Source: Lama guanicoe (lineage: Eukaryota). Taken from it: a stretch of DNA of 36,313 bases. Position 1 is the stretch's first letter, and each line of letters begins with the position of its first letter. This document shows positions 32,610 to 36,313 of this stretch, in pieces. The stretch is from NCBI GenBank assembly GCA_013239625.1, contig MU053561.1, positions 3,798,283-3,834,595 of the forward strand, read 5' to 3'. Below the pieces are notes generated by a model. It saw only the letters and a list, made by a program, of their open reading frames with translations. It ran no database searches and was not told where the DNA came from. The translations under genes and the position numbers were made by a program.

Positions 32610-32850
32610 TTCCTTTAACATTTGGTGACAACCTACTCCGTCCCAAGTGCATTCACACATGTTAGTTCTCACACGATTTAATTCTCACAATAATTTGGGG
32701 AGGCAATTTTTGTCCTTGATATTTCCATTTTATAGGTGAGGAAAATGAACTCCCACATTCAGTGATTCTTCTGTAGATCTAGCACACGGTAGAGTGAGAA
32801 TGTGATCCCAGTTCTGCAGATTCCAAGTCTTAGGTCATCTAAGATCCTGC
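32610..32850 (-). mobile_element. MIR
   Basis: ATTTAATTCTCACAATAA…TCCATTTTATAGGTGAGGAAAATGA. Confidence 0.7.
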
Positions 32851-33883
32851 AATGTCCTTTCCTGAGCCATAAAGACGAAAGCCCTCAGGATGGACCCATT
32901 AAACCCATGGAGCTTGTCTTGGGTGGATCTGGGGGGAAAGCAGAGAGCTCCCTGTTTGGGTTCTCCCTAGTGTCTTTTGGGTGCAATAGGTTGCAAAAAT
33001 AGACCACTGAGTCTATCTGGAGGACTACGAGGTTTTCCTGGTTTCATCCCAGCAGCTCCTGAAATCGCAAGTTTGTTAACTGTGGTGCATAAAAATGTTT
33101 GGCGATCCCTTGTCTAGCCATCAGATCAGCATGCACCGCGCGGGGACTTCTGGGTTTGCACCGAGGGAGCACTACTGGTGATTTCCAAAAGCAGCCAGGA
33201 AATCCATCTGCCGGGGGGAATCAGGTTCCAATGAAAAAGAGATTTCTGAATCAAAACAGACAGTAGACACTCGACCACATCAAAAGTGAAGCAGACCCTC
33301 AGGCAGACATCGAGTTGCCATCCTGGAGACGGGTGACTGATTAGCCAACCACAGGGTGGGACGTGCCCAGCTCCAAGGCTGCAGCAAAGCGAGCGAGTGA
33401 GGCGGGAAGGTGAACCAAATTAGGCAGGGAGACATGAAGTGTCAAGATCACTGAACATCTGGGGACGCTTAATCGGGAGGAAACGTAGACCTCCCACACA
33501 GTAGCAGTTTTATGAGCTCTGATTACACACTAGGGTACAGAAAAAAATAACAGAAACGAGTGTGCTGGTAAATAATAACCCTCCTCCATGCACAAAGCCT
33601 GCTGCTTTCTCAAATCCTTCCCCCTCACCGCGTTCAAAAGGCACATGATGGCAAGTGTATCGGTGTGACAGGAAGGGAGCTGGGCGCGGGTTTAGCACTG
33701 ACAGCTCCAGGGAGGCTCAGGACAAGTAGAAGCCCCTGAGCCACTAGGGGAGAGACGACCCCAAGATTCCTCTGGGAAACCTGCAAATACGCCACGCAGG
33801 TGTTAAGTCTCAGACCCGGCGCAGGAGTTGGGAGGCAGCATGGGGCTGGGGGGCAAGGGCCGCGGGCCGCACTCACTTATTAA

Positions 33884-33922
33884 CTCATTCAGTCATTCAT
33901 TCACTCATTCATTCATTCATTC
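33884..33922. repeat. (TCAT)n imperfect tetranucleotide repeat
   Basis: Direct reading. Probably derived from an L2 tail. Confidence 0.85.
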
Positions 33923-33929
33923 AGTATAA

Positions 33930-34160
33930 TGTTAACAATATGTGCTTTGGAGTCAGCACATCTGGACTTAAAGCCCAGCCCCACCACTCGAGCGCTCGAT
34001 GAACTCGGCGAGTTACTTAGTCTCTTTGGGCTTCTGTTTCTTCATCTTCTGCCAAGGGGCCCTGTTAGGAGGAACAAAAGTGCATCACCAGTGACACGAT
34101 TATGCCCCCCTGGGCAGGCAGGTAGTGGGTGATTGACAGGTGTAAGCTGTTACCGTTACT
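33930..34160 (+). mobile_element. MIR
   Basis: GCTTTGGAGTCAGCACATCTGGACTTAAAGCCCAGCCCCACCACT…GAGTTACTTAGTCTCTTTGGGCTTCTGTTTCTTCATCT. Confidence 0.75.
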
Positions 34161-34558
34161 ATGTCTCTCAGTAAATACGAAATGAGGGCTGGGCTAGTTG
34201 CTGAGAGAACAAAGGTGGCGATGTTGGGGGCATAATTTTACCTTCCACTTGTGGATGGAGATGTGGGCCAAACTTTTCCTCCAGGCCTGGGTTCTCCTTC
34301 CTTTCTATTTCTTTTCTTCCCGCTCCCCTCCGCGTGGAAACTTAATGGGTGGAACCAGGAAGAATGGGGGCTCTGTGGTCAGAGAGGAGATGGGAAGACA
34401 AGAACAGTCTGGAATCCTCTCTGTGCCTGGCACACAGCAGGCACTTGACTGTTGAACAATTAATGTGTCTTCTGGGGGCCAAATTCTCAGGAGGAGAATG
34501 GAAATTTAAATCCAATTTCTGGATGTTTTTCATGAAATGGAGTCACTCACTTGGAATT

Positions 34559-34720
34559 CAGGGGTCACAAACTGGACCAACGGATCAGGTCCAGCCCAGT
34601 GACAAATTCTGTTTGGCCTGTGCGGTACTTTAAAAACTGGAAAAGTTCACGTGAAAACCTGGATCTCTGGCTTCTGAAAAATGAGCAGCTCTGGCCACCC
34701 TGAGGCTGCACCCCGAGTGG
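34559..34720. mobile_element. hAT-type DNA transposon fragment
   Basis: Starts CAGGGGTCACAAACT (hAT TIR-like) and contains AAAACCTGGATCTCTGGCTTCTGAAAAAT…TCTGGCCACCCTG. Confidence 0.5.
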
Positions 34721-35437
34721 CAGAGGGAGTCAGTGAGGCGCCCACCATTGCAGGGCCCTGCCTGCCCTGTCCCCGCCGGCACCACCACCCCTGTCGTATT
34801 CCAGCCTCCCTCAGCCAGGACCCTGCCTGCTCACACACTGCCCAAGTGAGCCAGGACTGTGTTTGGTGGTCGTGGCCACCCTTGCGTGATCGCAGCCCGG
34901 AGAGCCGAGCTGAGAGGCCTCCGGGCACAGCCCTTGCACAAACCCACAGTCTCCCTCCGCTTGGGCTCCCCATCCCCACGACTGATTGCTCTCTTTCCAT
35001 CCAGATACCTTGGCCCCATGTCAACACAGACGATGCTGCCCTTCCTTTGGGACTGCTCCCTTCCAGGCAACAAGAAAATGATTGAAGAACAATTACTGCG
35101 GCATCTGATATCAGGGCAATTTCCCTCTGGCCAGCCAACCCCGGGATGGAACATAACTGCACACTCTTCGCGCACCTTCAGCAGGACTGAGAGTGATCCC
35201 ATAGCGGCCTTGGCCTCACTGATTCTGAGATCCGGACAATCAAGAGTGAAGGCACAGGGAGAGGGTTTAAGCATCACAGGGTACCGTGGCTTTCAAGCCA
35301 ACTTCATTCTTTTTAATACACTTTCATTTATTTTTTTCCCAAATGAACCCGTACATGGGGCCTGATGAAACCAGAGCTTCCCCTGGCAGTACCTCCTTGG
35401 ATTCCTGGGGGCCCAGAGAGCCCAGATTGGAAAACAC

Positions 35438-35550
35438 TGGTCTAATCACACTGTCTCTTTTACAGATGAGGAGGCGGAGGCCTGGAGAGGGACAGCGGCT
35501 TGTCCAAGCTCATGGAGGGAGGAGCTGGCAGAGTGAGTTCAGAGGCCTCT
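35438..35550 (-). mobile_element. MIR core
   Basis: TTTTACAGATGAGGAGGCGGAGGCCTGGAGAGGGACAGCGGCTTGTCCAAGCTCA. Confidence 0.75.
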
Positions 35551-35754
35551 CCGGGGCTGGCTGTCCTCAGGGCAGCTCCCAGAACAACAGCGCTAACAGC
35601 TGGGCCCCTGGGTGTCACAGCAGCTGACAGATGTGGCCTTCACCTTACAGCATTCAAGCCGGGTGCCTGTCACGCTGAGTGGCAGCACTTTGGGGAGCAT
35701 CCCCTGAGTTTCTGGTTTCTACGTCTGTCCAGGCTGAGCCCTGCTGTCTCCTCA

Positions 35755-36160
35755 GAGCAGCCAGCCTCCAAGATGGCCCCGACGAGCCCGCCTCCCGGTA
35801 TCCACGCCCCGTGCGGGGCCCTCCCACCCTGCGCCAGCTTGGCCTGTCAGACCAGTGGAATACAGCAGCAGTGATGGGTGTCACCTCTGAGACTGGCTTA
35901 AAAAGACACAGCAGCTGCCATTTCTCTCCCTGTCTTATCACTCGCTCTGGGAGGAAGCCCTGCTGGGAGCAGCCCTATGCAGAGGCTCACAGTGAGACCC
36001 TGAAGTCCCCTGCCAGTGGCCACTCAAGGTCACTTCAAACCCTCTCCTGCAGTCCCAGTCATGGGTGCAGGGAACACAGCCCTGGCTGACAGCTTAACAG
36101 AAACCCTATGAGAAACCCTAAGCCAGAACCACCCACCTGAACCACCCGATAGATGGACTC
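35755..36160 (+). mobile_element. MLT1F/E-type MaLR LTR
   Basis: GCAGCCAGCCTCCAAGATGGCCCC…GCCTCCCGGTATCCACGCCC…GTGATGGGTGTCACCTCTGAGA…CAGCCCTGGCTGACAGCTT…ATGAGAAACCCTAAGCCAGAACCACCCA. Confidence 0.85.
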
Positions 36161-36164
36161 TGAC

Positions 36165-36313
36165 ATCCAGTCTTCCCTTCTTAGTAATTGAACCCTGATT
36201 TTAAGCTGGCACCTCATTGCCAAAAAAACAAACAAACAAAAAAAACAGGTGACAATTCTCAGGTTCTATGCAGTTAGTATACCCATCGATTAAGTCTGGT
36301 AAATGAAACAAAT
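36165..36313 (+). mobile_element. Possible start of another MLT1 (H/I-like) LTR, running off the window
   Basis: CCCTTCTTAGTAATTGAACCCTGATTTT and CAT…ATTAAGTCTGGTAAATGA resemble MLT1H/I 5' motifs. Confidence 0.4.

Noticed and set aside
34647..35365. Cluster of 134-171-aa overlapping ORFs
   Set aside because: They overlap on both strands in GC-rich DNA, partly within a DNA-transposon fragment, with no domain-like sequence.
1..36313. CRISPR array, operon, or novel defence or mobile system suggested by the prompt
   Set aside because: There is no regularly spaced repeat-spacer array or prokaryotic gene density. The flanking direct repeats occur only in pairs and are explained as retrotransposon TSDs.

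Overview
This is mammalian (eutherian) non-coding DNA, very probably from a camelid: it has a tRNA-derived SINE of the camelid Vic-1 type at 6933-7049 and short cetartiodactyl/camelid-type L1 3' ends. I find no intact protein-coding gene, RNA gene, CRISPR array or prokaryotic feature. The ORF track is essentially chance ORFs plus decayed pseudogene and transposon frames. The window starts with a near full-length processed pseudogene of RPSA on the minus strand. The rest is a patchwork of old interspersed repeats (L1, L2, MIR, ERVL/MLT2, MLT1, LTR16, LTR33, hAT DNA transposons) with a few repeat-poor islands. The most structured parts are a ~2 kb tail-to-tail inverted pair of L1 5' ends (1225-3267), a ~7.5 kb nested ERV1-type complex that appears to split an L2 (about 16900-24380), four short L1 3'-end insertions with target-site duplications, and a 50-bp micro inverted triplication (13883-13932). 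I do not see a new biological system here. Repeat family names come from remembered consensus similarity judged by eye, and most boundaries are approximate to tens of bases.
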